Source of the DNA: an uncultured Candidatus Poseidoniales archaeon
GTDB taxonomy: Archaea; Thermoplasmatota; Poseidoniia; Poseidoniales; CAYMED01
Length of the DNA: 64,000 bases
Assembly (NCBI GenBank): GCA_964389655.1
Contig: CAYMED010000001.1
Span: 122,217-186,216 of the forward strand
Reading direction: 5' to 3'
The translations under genes were made by a program, and so were the position numbers. Under the pieces are notes generated by a model. That model made no database searches and was not told the DNA's origin. It saw nothing but the letters and a program-made list of their open reading frames with translations. This document shows, piece by piece, positions 46,233 through 55,339 of this stretch. Within the stretch, counting starts at the first letter, position 1, and the number at the start of each line of letters is the position of its first letter.

Positions 46233-49200
46233 ATCCTTGCAAATACCATTCACCTGTAGCGGGATCTCTGTAATACCAAATTGCACTTCCTTGAGGGAAT
46301 TCTAGCCATTCCCAACCCTCATAATCATATTCTCCAACCAAATTTCTGTTGGGCCACTGATCAGACTGCAGGGGAGGGTGAATCTGTCCCTCGATCGGCA
46401 TTTGTGCATAATCTTCAGAGTATTCATTTGTTGCTGAAAATTCTGTGGAACCTTGCACCATTATTTCATCAGTCAATTCAGTGTCATGATCAGTGAAATC
46501 AGATTTTGTTTGTTGCAATTCATGCTCGGCTTTTTCTTGCCATTCTTCTACATTCTTACCCCGCCTTGATCTGAAGAAAAATAGGCTCGCAATGGCCCCA
46601 AATATTCCAATACCTAGTATGACTAAAAACATAGACATGGCTGAGTTGCTACTTTTTTCTCCGACTCCACTATAAGTACCACTTTCATTCACGGCGCTAT
46701 TGTCTTGTAGTGTCTGATTCATGGATGAATTTGCATTGTTTTCAGTGAGTGTTGAATCAACATTTGCATCTTCCTTGTCAAGTAAATCACATATTTTGTC
46801 GCCATCCCTGTCATTTGGGATCATCAACTTGTTGAGTGGGTCTGTATTACACAATTCTTCCTGTTCGTCAGACCACCCATCCCCGTCATCGTCTTCATCA
46901 GCAACATTTCCTATCCCATCATTATCGGTATCTTTTTGTTCTCCTCTGTCAAGGGGGAAATCATCAACCACATCTAAAAATCCGTCTTCATCATCATCCT
47001 CATCAACTAGATCACAACTAAGGTCTTGATCTGTATCTATTGGTTGCGAAAGCGCATCTAATGGGTCTGAATCGCAGTTCTTTTCAATTTCGTCAGCCCA
47101 TTTGTCTCCATCGTCATCGGTGTCAATGTTATTGCCCAGCCCATCTGCATCAGTATCAGTATCTTCACTAGCATTTAGCGGGAATGCATCTGCATCATCG
47201 AGTGCTCCATCATTGTCATCGTCAGGGTCTAGATGGTTGCATGTTTTGTCTCCATCTGTATCCTCTGGTGTGTCTGTGGATATGAGTGGGTCTGTATTGC
47301 AATCAATCTCAAGGAGATCATCCCATTGATCTCCATCCTTGTCAGGATCGCGAGGATCACAGATTCCATCCGAATCAGTGTCAGTTGGATAATCCGAGGA
47401 ATTCAATGGATCACTACCGCAAGGGGTTTCTACATCATCTGGCCATGAATCACCATCATCGTCAATGTCATCAATATCTGGAACCCCATCGATGTCCGTA
47501 TCAAGAAAAATTTCAATGGTAACTGTAGTGACGTTGTAACCAACATCATTTGTCGCATTGATGGTGTATGTTACTGCAGATGAAATAGCAGTCGGAGTTC
47601 CTTGAATTGTGCCTGTAGATGGGTCAAAAGTAAGGCCTTTGGATAGATCAGGCGTAATTGACCAAATAGTTGCAGGTCCCCCGCTATTTATGAAGAAAAT
47701 CGGTGCAATTGGAGCGCCACTACCCAAATTGATTGATGTTGCAGAAGCGGTAATAGATGGGGCGATTTCACTCACACTAATATTAACTATAATCGTATCC
47801 CAGCCAAATCCATTACTAACATTGATTGTATAGGTATGTCCTGATTTTGGAATTGTTGGGGTTCCGCTGATTGTACCCGTCTTGTTGTCTAGGGAAAGCC
47901 CTTCAGGGAGTGGTGGGGTGATTGTGAAATTGTAAGTTTCTCCCCAGTGTGTTAGAATTGTTGGGGTAAGTGGTGTAATTGTCTGATTTCTTGATGCATT
48001 GATGCTATATCTATCGTAAGTTGCAGCAGATATTACACTAATATTTAGACTTCCATAGACAAAAATTTCTGATGTTGTGTTGTTTCCCCAAACAGTTAAC
48101 ACAGTTCCATTTGAAAATTCAGAAGGTGTTCCATTCCAAGCATTACCTGTAAAGTTGAGGCCAAGTAAAGTGCCCGATGCCTCAATTATAGAGGCGTTTT
48201 CGCGCATCGAATTATCAAGGGGGATTGCAATCGTGTATTCAAAGCCCCGCGCGATTGTAATAGGCGTTGGGCTTTGAGAAGACACGTATTTCAATTTCAG
48301 AAAAATAGAATCCGAACCATTTGCAGAAGATGCCGTGATGTTGTACGTATTGTTGAATGAAATCATGAGATTTGATAGATTTCCCGATATAGACCCGTCT
48401 GTTGTATTTAGGGCGAACCCCTTGGGTAAAGGGGGTGTGGCTGAAACAGAGCACCACGAGCACAAGAGCACGGGGTTGATTGAGATGTTCGCAGAAACAG
48501 AGATGTCTATTTCAGCAGGGTCATATTCTAGTCCCTGTATGACACTTACATTGACTTTTGCATAATATGATGACATGACCGTCGAGTCATTTGCCCAAAC
48601 GGTCAATATCAGATTCGTAGTTGTTACTGAAGGCCGACCAATCCAAAGGCCCGAGGCATTCCCAGCAATCAATGGGATTTTGAGAACTTTGGCGGGGTCA
48701 AAATGATTGTAGGTGGTGTTATCACCAATTTGTCCATACAGGTTTCCCCCCCAACACCGCATAGTACCATCTGCTAATATTGAGCAGGTATGTGACATGC
48801 CAGACATAATTGATAGCCCGGCACGGCCCAAGGGCAAATTCGTATGTTTTGGCAATTTTTGGTTGGAATATGATCCCTCGCCTAGTTGCCCCGCACCATT
48901 CCGTCCCCAACACATCAATTCTTCATTGTCCAAAATAGCACAAGTATGGTCTTCGCCAGTAGTAATGGATACCCCAGTACGCCCGCTAGGCAAGTCCGTT
49001 TTTGTTGCAGTTGTCCGATTAGTAAAGCCAGTTGTTGTTGTCCCATCACCAATTTGCCCATAGACGTTGCTTCCCCAGCAAAGGACTGAACCATTATTGA
49101 GAATAGCACATGTGTGAGAGCCACCACTGGCAATGTGAAGTGCATTGTATGTTCCGTTGCTGTACATGTTTACACTTATAGGCGAATTTTGATCAATATT

Positions 49201-51774
49201 GTTTCCATCCCCCAATTGGCCATACTCATTTAATCCCCAACACAAAATGGTTCCATTATCGAGTATGGCACATGTGTGTGATATTCCCGATGAAATAGCA
49301 ACTGCAGAGCGGTTTGTAGGAAGAGCAACATTTGCCGGATTCGTAACAAACGATGTCGACGAACCAATTCCAAGTTGTCCATTCCCGTTGTATCCCCAGC
49401 AGCGTATTGATCCATCGTCAAGAATCGCGCATGTATGTGAATCACCGGCTGAGATGTCGATAGCAGTCCGATTTGTAGGTAGGTTCACGCGCGTGGGTTT
49501 GTTATGAGATGTTGTAGAGCCATCTCCAAGTTGACCTGCGTTGTTTTGACCCCAACACCAAAGACTGCCATCGTCAAGTATTGCACATGTATGTTGATAA
49601 AATCCTGCTGAGACCGCGATGGCAGTTCGTCCCGTTGGAAGCATTGTTGTTGTTGGCTCCATTCGGTTTTGTGTTGTGTTATCCCCAAGCTGCCCTGCGC
49701 TATTTCTTCCCCAACAGCGCAGGCTACCATCTTTTACAATCACACAAGTGTGTTCGGACCCTGCGGCAATTGTATTGTTTGGAAGTAAAGTCCCATTACC
49801 TATTCCCCCTTTTGCAGTGAATGAAAGGCCAGGTACCATCCCAGATGCCTCGACAGATGTTGGATCTTGCTGTAACGATGTGTTCAGCGCAGTCCCAATT
49901 TGATGTTCAAACCCTCGTACGAGTGTGTGTTTGATTGGTGGGGTGGGTGATGTGAAGATCAGTTGAACAACAACATCGTCTGATCCATTCGACCCTTCTG
50001 CGAGTATGGAATAATTGTTTTTGAACGAAACAGCAGTGTTGACCAAGGCACCAGTTATGGAACCCGTAGCATTCATTTTGAGCCCGAGAGGCAAACTCGG
50101 AGATACTGAAAGGGTACACCAACTACAATGTAGTGTGGGGTGAATGCTGATGTTTGCACTTGACAGCAGTGAGATGCTTGATCCATTGTAATCTAGCGCT
50201 TTTACAACACTCACATTGACATGATCCATGTGTGAAAATGCACCACCTGTTGTGGTGTTATTTGCCCAAATTGTAAGGCTTATACCACCAGTAAGTTTTG
50301 TTGGGGTTCCTTTCCAAAGCCCGGGGTCTTCGTTTAAACGAGTTACATTCGTGGGTGTTCTTCGAACCGTATTCCTGCCAGATGTTCCATCTCCAATCTC
50401 CCCATATCTGTTTCTCCCCCAACACCTCATTGATCCATCATCAAGGATTGCACAAGTATGGTAACGGCCAACTTCTAAATCTGTAGCATTTCTACCCGTG
50501 GGGAGACTGGCATTGGTTGGCATTGGACTTGACTGACTTGCTCCATTTCCAATTTGACCGTAGTTATTTCTCCCCCAGCACTTCACACTTCCATCGTGGA
50601 AAATAGCGCAGGAGTGGTCATCACCTGCTGAGATATCAAAAGCAGAAATATTTCCTTGCATGCTCATATTCACACGTACGGGTGTTGATTCCCCTCCTAC
50701 AGTTGATTGCGGCCCTGTTGTTCCATCTCCAAGCTGGCCGAAAGAATTGTGCCCCCAGCAATAGATGGATCCATTGTCTACAATTGCGCAGGTATGCGTA
50801 TAGCCTGAACCGAGAGCTATTGCTTTGCTTCCATTTGGCAAAGTAACATTCTCAAGAGGTTGGTTTAGATCTGACGTGTTTATTCCAAGTTGCCCATTTG
50901 AATTAGACCCCCAACACTGTATTTTTCCATCATCAAGAATAACGCAAGTATGCGCATTTCCAGTGGTAATTGCAGTTGCAGTTTGATTCAAACTGACATT
51001 GGTTGGTGTCGTTCTATTCGCATTTGTTCCATCTCCCAATTGGCCATTTTCATTTAGCCCCCAACACCATACAGTCCCATTGTCGATAATTGCACATGTA
51101 TGGGACTCTCCTGCAGAAACTGCAACAGCGTAGTGCCCATTCGGAAAACTAACATTTGTCAAAGAACTGCGGTCAGTTGTGGTATTATCCCCGATTTGAC
51201 CAAATTCGTTGTCCCCCCAACATTGCAGGTAGAAATTTTGCAATATAACGCAATTGTGATTGTTTCCTGCTTCTGCTTCAATTGCCGTGATTCCCGTGGG
51301 TAGGTCGACTTTTGTTGGTCTAGTTCTGCTGCCCCCCCCTCCATCTCCAATTTGGTCCTCGTTGTTTCTCCCCCAACACCGCATTTCTCCAATTTCAAGA
51401 ATTGCACACGAGTGGTACCTCCCAGTTGCTACAGTTCCATTTTTGACTTTTCCAGTGCCTGAGAATGAAAACCCATCAAGTTCTCCTGATGCCTCAACGC
51501 TCGTGCTTGAATCAAGGATAGTTGAATTCAAATTCGACCTGAATTCCGTATCAAATCCAAGCACAAGTGTGTGATTCCCATCATTCCCGCCACTTCTTAG
51601 AATTTCGGGGGTCAATTGGGTTTTTCCTTTGTCCATGTCCCAGTCTCCGTTAAGTCCAGCACTGAGTGACGCAACTAGCATGATGAACACGAGGAAAGCC
51701 ACCAGCGTGGCCTGCGAACGATGTGGACATTCCCGGGAGATGGATGCCATCATTGAGTACTGAGGGATAAACAA
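46231..51774 (-). CDS. Giant cell-surface protein: two RCC1 propellers, He_PIG/Ig-like domains, TSP3-like Ca-binding repeats, C-terminal TM and Trp-rich tail
   Basis: Repeated HTCAIL.DG...CWG.N..GQLG; LP.GL.....G.I.GTP Ig motifs; DxDxDG repeats; TM FLVILGIGIFGAIASLFFF then RSRR. Confidence 0.92.
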   Translation of the reverse strand: MFIPQYSMMASISRECPHRSQATLVAFLVFIMLVASLSAGLNGDWDMDKGKTQLTPEILRSGGNDGNHTLVLGFDTEFRSNLNSTILDSSTSVEASGELDGFSFSGTGKVKNGTVATGRYHSCAILEIGEMRCWGRNNEDQIGDGGGGSRTRPTKVDLPTGITAIEAEAGNNHNCVILQNFYLQCWGDNEFGQIGDNTTTDRSSLTNVSFPNGHYAVAVSAGESHTCAIIDNGTVWCWGLNENGQLGDGTNANRTTPTNVSLNQTATAITTGNAHTCVILDDGKIQCWGSNSNGQLGINTSDLNQPLENVTLPNGSKAIALGSGYTHTCAIVDNGSIYCWGHNSFGQLGDGTTGPQSTVGGESTPVRVNMSMQGNISAFDISAGDDHSCAIFHDGSVKCWGRNNYGQIGNGASQSSPMPTNASLPTGRNATDLEVGRYHTCAILDDGSMRCWGRNRYGEIGDGTSGRNTVRRTPTNVTRLNEDPGLWKGTPTKLTGGISLTIWANNTTTGGAFSHMDHVNVSVVKALDYNGSSISLLSSANISIHPTLHCSWCTLSVSPSLPLGLKMNATGSITGALVNTAVSFKNNYSILAEGSNGSDDVVVQLIFTSPTPPIKHTLVRGFEHQIGTALNTSLQQDPTSVEASGMVPGLSFTAKGGIGNGTLLPNNTIAAGSEHTCVIVKDGSLRCWGRNSAGQLGDNTTQNRMEPTTTMLPTGRTAIAVSAGFYQHTCAILDDGSLWCWGQNNAGQLGDGSTTSHNKPTRVNLPTNRTAIDISAGDSHTCAILDDGSIRCWGYNGNGQLGIGSSTSFVTNPANVALPTNRSAVAISSGISHTCAILDNGTILCWGLNEYGQLGDGNNIDQNSPISVNMYSNGTYNALHIASGGSHTCAILNNGSVLCWGSNVYGQIGDGTTTTGFTNRTTATKTDLPSGRTGVSITTGEDHTCAILDNEELMCWGRNGAGQLGEGSYSNQKLPKHTNLPLGRAGLSIMSGMSHTCSILADGTMRCWGGNLYGQIGDNTTYNHFDPAKVLKIPLIAGNASGLWIGRPSVTTTNLILTVWANDSTVMSSYYAKVNVSVIQGLEYDPAEIDISVSANISINPVLLCSWCSVSATPPLPKGFALNTTDGSISGNLSNLMISFNNTYNITASSANGSDSIFLKLKYVSSQSPTPITIARGFEYTIAIPLDNSMRENASIIEASGTLLGLNFTGNAWNGTPSEFSNGTVLTVWGNNTTSEIFVYGSLNISVISAATYDRYSINASRNQTITPLTPTILTHWGETYNFTITPPLPEGLSLDNKTGTISGTPTIPKSGHTYTINVSNGFGWDTIIVNISVSEIAPSITASATSINLGSGAPIAPIFFINSGGPATIWSITPDLSKGLTFDPSTGTIQGTPTAISSAVTYTINATNDVGYNVTTVTIEIFLDTDIDGVPDIDDIDDDGDSWPDDVETPCGSDPLNSSDYPTDTDSDGICDPRDPDKDGDQWDDLLEIDCNTDPLISTDTPEDTDGDKTCNHLDPDDDNDGALDDADAFPLNASEDTDTDADGLGNNIDTDDDGDKWADEIEKNCDSDPLDALSQPIDTDQDLSCDLVDEDDDEDGFLDVVDDFPLDRGEQKDTDNDGIGNVADEDDDGDGWSDEQEELCNTDPLNKLMIPNDRDGDKICDLLDKEDANVDSTLTENNANSSMNQTLQDNSAVNESGTYSGVGEKSSNSAMSMFLVILGIGIFGAIASLFFFRSRRGKNVEEWQEKAEHELQQTKSDFTDHDTELTDEIMVQGSTEFSATNEYSEDYAQMPIEGQIHPPLQSDQWPNRNLVGEYDYEGWEWLEFPQGSAIWYYRDPATGEWYLQG
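46780..47505 (-). repeat. Thrombospondin type 3-like Asp-rich repeats (boundaries approximate)
   Basis: Four DGD.W.D..E..C..DPL...P.D.D.D..C units plus two D.FPL units. Confidence 0.85.
48690..49775 (-). repeat. RCC1 repeat block 2 (7 blades, boundaries approximate)
   Basis: Seven HTC......CWG.N..GQ.G units. Confidence 0.88.
50340..51430 (-). repeat. RCC1 repeat block 1 (7 blades, boundaries approximate)
   Basis: Seven H.C.I.....CWG.N..G..G units. Confidence 0.88.
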
Positions 51775-51846
51775 ATTGGCCTATTGTGTTGGCAAACACG
51801 ATTTCTAGAGAACCTATTCATTGGACGTTGCAGAAGCGAAAGAAAA

Positions 51847-53142
51847 TCAACCACCTTTCAAAAATCCTGCACCAATTAGCGAGATCAACAATCCTATGGT
51901 TATGCTGATTGCGAGTCCGTGAGAGGTTACACAAAGCAGAATTTTGCTGCTACGACTATTTGCCCGCTGGAAGAGAAAAAGTTCTGATACCTTGTCATGA
52001 CCTCCTTTGATCCCATAAACTGCTCTAGCATATGTTGCGTGTCTAATAACCTCAAAGCAAACCATGACTCCCAGCATGACCAAGAATGTCCCTAGTGCCA
52101 GACCTATGTAATAACCAATGCCAAGAATCCCAAAAATGGCAATAGGCAGGAAGGTCAGGTGCATATGCATAATGTAGGTGGGATATACTGCCTCATTGAG
52201 GTAAGTCAGCCATTTGCTTGGGCGATTCAACAATTTTGAAGCCCAACTGAATATGAATAAACACCAAAACCAAGCGTGGAAGGACTGTATCACCGATGCC
52301 ATTGTCGCACCTAGAGAGAATGCAGCATATCCTTTGTGCACCCATCCACCCTCCATTACGGAGGGAATTTCGCACTTTTCATTTAACAAATACCAACATA
52401 TTGCTAATATTGGCATCAGAATGGTCACTGGAACCCTAATTTTATCAATCACGTGAAAGTAATCATCTTTCGCTGTAATCATTAGATATCCGAATAAGAA
52501 GTACAGGAGATAACGGGGGAATTCCCACCACATCCCCACTTCTCCAAATTGCCACGGCTTGAATAATATTCCATTGAGACTGAGGATTAGTGGAGGTAAC
52601 AGTAGTATACCAAGTCCGTAGCGAACACTGAACACATATTTTACGAATCGAACCACTTTACCTTCGGGATTGTTTCGCACATGGGTGAATAGCGGTGTTA
52701 GGAGGAGCGAATAGATGAGGAGATTGTAGATGAACCAAAGGTGCCCATATGGCATGCTTTCAGCACCTGGAAATATGGTGAAAAAACGCCCAGTGGTCCC
52801 GATTGGATCGAAGATTCCAAACCACAAGATGTAGGTGCCAAACAATAGGGGTATGCCGAGGCGCGCCCCTCTTTCCTTGACATAGGTTTTCCAAGTTCTA
52901 CTGCGAAAGGCGAATGCAGTACCCATACCTGAAATTACGAACAACGCCGCAAGGCGCCATTGGTGCATGATTCCGATGACGATGAATAAGGGGAAATTGA
53001 ACACCTCTATGCTTCCTCCCTCCTTGATTTGTCCAAGGGAGAACACTGCATAATGAAACCAGATGAGCAAAGCAAAGAGGATGACGCGAAGCCAATCAAT
53101 ATCATGTCGCCGGATTTTTCCAAGGGTTTTTTTGTCCATCAT
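51847..53142 (-). CDS. Acyltransferase-3 family membrane protein (OpgC/MdoC-like)
   Basis: RRHDIDWLR, HQWRLAALFVISG, ERGARLGIP, HLWFIYNL, YLNEAVYPTYIMH. Confidence 0.88.
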   Translation of the reverse strand: MMDKKTLGKIRRHDIDWLRVILFALLIWFHYAVFSLGQIKEGGSIEVFNFPLFIVIGIMHQWRLAALFVISGMGTAFAFRSRTWKTYVKERGARLGIPLLFGTYILWFGIFDPIGTTGRFFTIFPGAESMPYGHLWFIYNLLIYSLLLTPLFTHVRNNPEGKVVRFVKYVFSVRYGLGILLLPPLILSLNGILFKPWQFGEVGMWWEFPRYLLYFLFGYLMITAKDDYFHVIDKIRVPVTILMPILAICWYLLNEKCEIPSVMEGGWVHKGYAAFSLGATMASVIQSFHAWFWCLFIFSWASKLLNRPSKWLTYLNEAVYPTYIMHMHLTFLPIAIFGILGIGYYIGLALGTFLVMLGVMVCFEVIRHATYARAVYGIKGGHDKVSELFLFQRANSRSSKILLCVTSHGLAISITIGLLISLIGAGFLKGG

Positions 53143-53158
53143 AATCCCTTGTATATCA

Positions 53159-53929
53159 TTATCCGGTTGGTGGTTGTTCTCCAATCGTGATGACTTTACT
53201 GGTTTCGACTCCTTGAGCAGAAAGCATGACTTGCTCACCAGTAGGAATCATTTGTTGGGGGATCATCATGCCATCAGGACCCATTACCATCGTTGGGATG
53301 TTATTCTCTCGAAGTACAACCGCGAGAACAATCCCAATGATGAGAACTAACACGCCACAACAACCTGAACCAAAACCAAGTGCAATAGCCTCACCAGCCT
53401 CCCCCATCTTTTGCAGATTTTTGTCGTCATAGGTGACCCACACTGGTGCATTGGATGTGAATTCCATTTCGCCTACTGTGCATGCAAGACAACCTCTACC
53501 AACTTTTACCATTCTTTTTCCTTCGAGAATATTTTCTTTATTCATCCCACTGGCACTACAATCACTAGTTTGTCGTCCATCGAAATTGTATTTTACTTCA
53601 TAGTAAAACATACCCATCTTCGTGTCATTTTCCATTTCCCAGTTCGCTAACTTTGGATGCTTCGTAACTGTGATGTTCGTAGATTCACAATGGTCCCAAA
53701 TGTTGTCATCATCTTTGTCTACATAATCTCCTAAAACCCAAAAGGTTACACCGAGATCGCCAGAATCATCCTCATCTGTGATGGACACAGTCCCATTTGT
53801 GACATTTTCAAGGGAGAATGTGTTCTTGTCAAGGTCCGCAAAGGAAGAGACTCCTCTCACACCAAATAAAGCAGCTCCCAAAATAAGAACGGCCCCAAAG
53901 GCAATGGTGATTTTAGACAAAATATGCAT
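53159..53929 (-). CDS. Hypothetical membrane protein (two TM helices flanking an extracellular Cys-containing domain)
   Basis: N-terminal TM; C-terminal TM GCCGVLVLIIGIVLAVV; Met/Gln-rich tail. Confidence 0.7.
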   Translation of the reverse strand: MHILSKITIAFGAVLILGAALFGVRGVSSFADLDKNTFSLENVTNGTVSITDEDDSGDLGVTFWVLGDYVDKDDDNIWDHCESTNITVTKHPKLANWEMENDTKMGMFYYEVKYNFDGRQTSDCSASGMNKENILEGKRMVKVGRGCLACTVGEMEFTSNAPVWVTYDDKNLQKMGEAGEAIALGFGSGCCGVLVLIIGIVLAVVLRENNIPTMVMGPDGMMIPQQMIPTGEQVMLSAQGVETSKVITIGEQPPTG

Positions 53930-53971
53930 GCGCGTCGCATTTCCAGTGAATATTTAGTGTTGATCACCGTA

Positions 53972-55339
53972 TTATGAAAGTACGCCTGTGCCTACAATGA
54001 CAAGCAAGGCTGCAGCCATGTGCATGTATATGGTCTGTGCATTTGCCGTGGTCAGACTTCGATCATTATATTCAGCAAATACCCGCTTCGTTAGGTATGC
54101 TGCCCAAGGCACACAGAACATTCCAATGAGTGCCATTGCAGGGATTATTCCTGCAACGTAGAGCCAACCGAGGCTTCCAAATGCGGCTACTAGGAGGCTT
54201 GCATATCCATAACGTGCTCTCTCAAGACCCATTGTCGCAACGAGGTGAATCTTCCCGGTAGCAATATCGGATGGCGTGTCTGGAAATTCATTGATCCAAA
54301 GGATAGCGGTAGTTAGCAACCCGAGTGGTATGCCTAGAAGGAATGCTTCCATAGAATGACTTCCCGTGTATGCATATACTGATCCCATTGTCATGAGTGG
54401 CCCAAAAAGCAATCCTATGACCAATTCTCCTAGACCATGCCGGGAGGATAATTTGAGTGGTGGCGCTGTGTAGAAGAAACCCCCGGCAGCACCTGCAAAA
54501 CCATACATCCAGATCTCAGCTCTATTAGGGGGTCCAAACATCACCCATGCACCAATTAGTGAGGCTAGGGCGATGAGTGTTGAAGCAAGAATGATTTGTC
54601 CCCTTATTGTAATGATTCCAAGTTCAACAGCGCGTGATCCTCCTGAAAAACCGAGAAAATAGTCGTTGTTTGCATCATCGGTACCTGCAATCACATCAAA
54701 GACATCATTGAATACATTAGCAGAAAGGTGCATGAACGCTGCAGCCCCAATAATGGCAAAGACAAGCAGCCAATTTGTTGCTAGATCAGCATCGGCGTAG
54801 TGTACCCAAACAAGGCCTAGAATGGCTGGAAGAATTGCAGCAGAAACAAATGGCAGTCTCAAAATAATCAGCCAAGCAAACATTCGTGTAAGGAAAGATG
54901 TCTTTGGAGTAACATCATTAGGGTTTACATCCAAGAGCGGCTCTGTTCTTCCGCAGAAACCCACTTGGACACGATTTCCATCAATCGTTTTGTACGTGGG
55001 TGTAATCTTAAATTGAGCAGCAAAACGACTTCCATCTTTGCGGATAAAGGCTGTTTTCCCATTATATTCTCCATCATTGCTGGCAGTAGCAAGCCAACTT
55101 CCAACATGCCCTAAAACCACTTCTCCCGGGCTGAACATTGAGACTCGACGCTTTCCAATAATTTCTTCACCAGAGTACTGGAATATCTCTTCAGCCCCTT
55201 CATTGTATGTCTCGATTCTTCCTTCCATATCGCATGTGATGATAGAGATGGGTCCTGATCCTTTTTCTTCATCATTCATCGTATCGTCTTCACTCATTGA
55301 GTCGCCGAGAGAGACAGGGTTGAAGAAACCGTTGTTCAT
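53972..55339 (-). CDS. menA: PAS domain fused to a MenA/UbiA-family prenyltransferase; start 55339 or 55297
   Basis: PAS: IITCDMEGRIETYNEGAEEIFQYSGEEIIGK..RKDGSRF; MenA: NVFNDVFD..GTD, SGGSR, YTAPP..GLGE, INEFPD..SD..GK. Confidence 0.85.
   Translation of the reverse strand: MNNGFFNPVSLGDSMSEDDTMNDEEKGSGPISIITCDMEGRIETYNEGAEEIFQYSGEEIIGKRRVSMFSPGEVVLGHVGSWLATASNDGEYNGKTAFIRKDGSRFAAQFKITPTYKTIDGNRVQVGFCGRTEPLLDVNPNDVTPKTSFLTRMFAWLIILRLPFVSAAILPAILGLVWVHYADADLATNWLLVFAIIGAAAFMHLSANVFNDVFDVIAGTDDANNDYFLGFSGGSRAVELGIITIRGQIILASTLIALASLIGAWVMFGPPNRAEIWMYGFAGAAGGFFYTAPPLKLSSRHGLGELVIGLLFGPLMTMGSVYAYTGSHSMEAFLLGIPLGLLTTAILWINEFPDTPSDIATGKIHLVATMGLERARYGYASLLVAAFGSLGWLYVAGIIPAMALIGMFCVPWAAYLTKRVFAEYNDRSLTTANAQTIYMHMAAALLVIVGTGVLS

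Noticed and set aside
46780-51430. Repeated DNA words (e.g. ccccaacac, tcatc) as a CRISPR array or DGR template/variable repeats
   Set aside because: They are degenerate codon-level echoes of RCC1 and TSP3 protein repeats. There are no identical spaced repeats, cas genes or reverse transcriptase.
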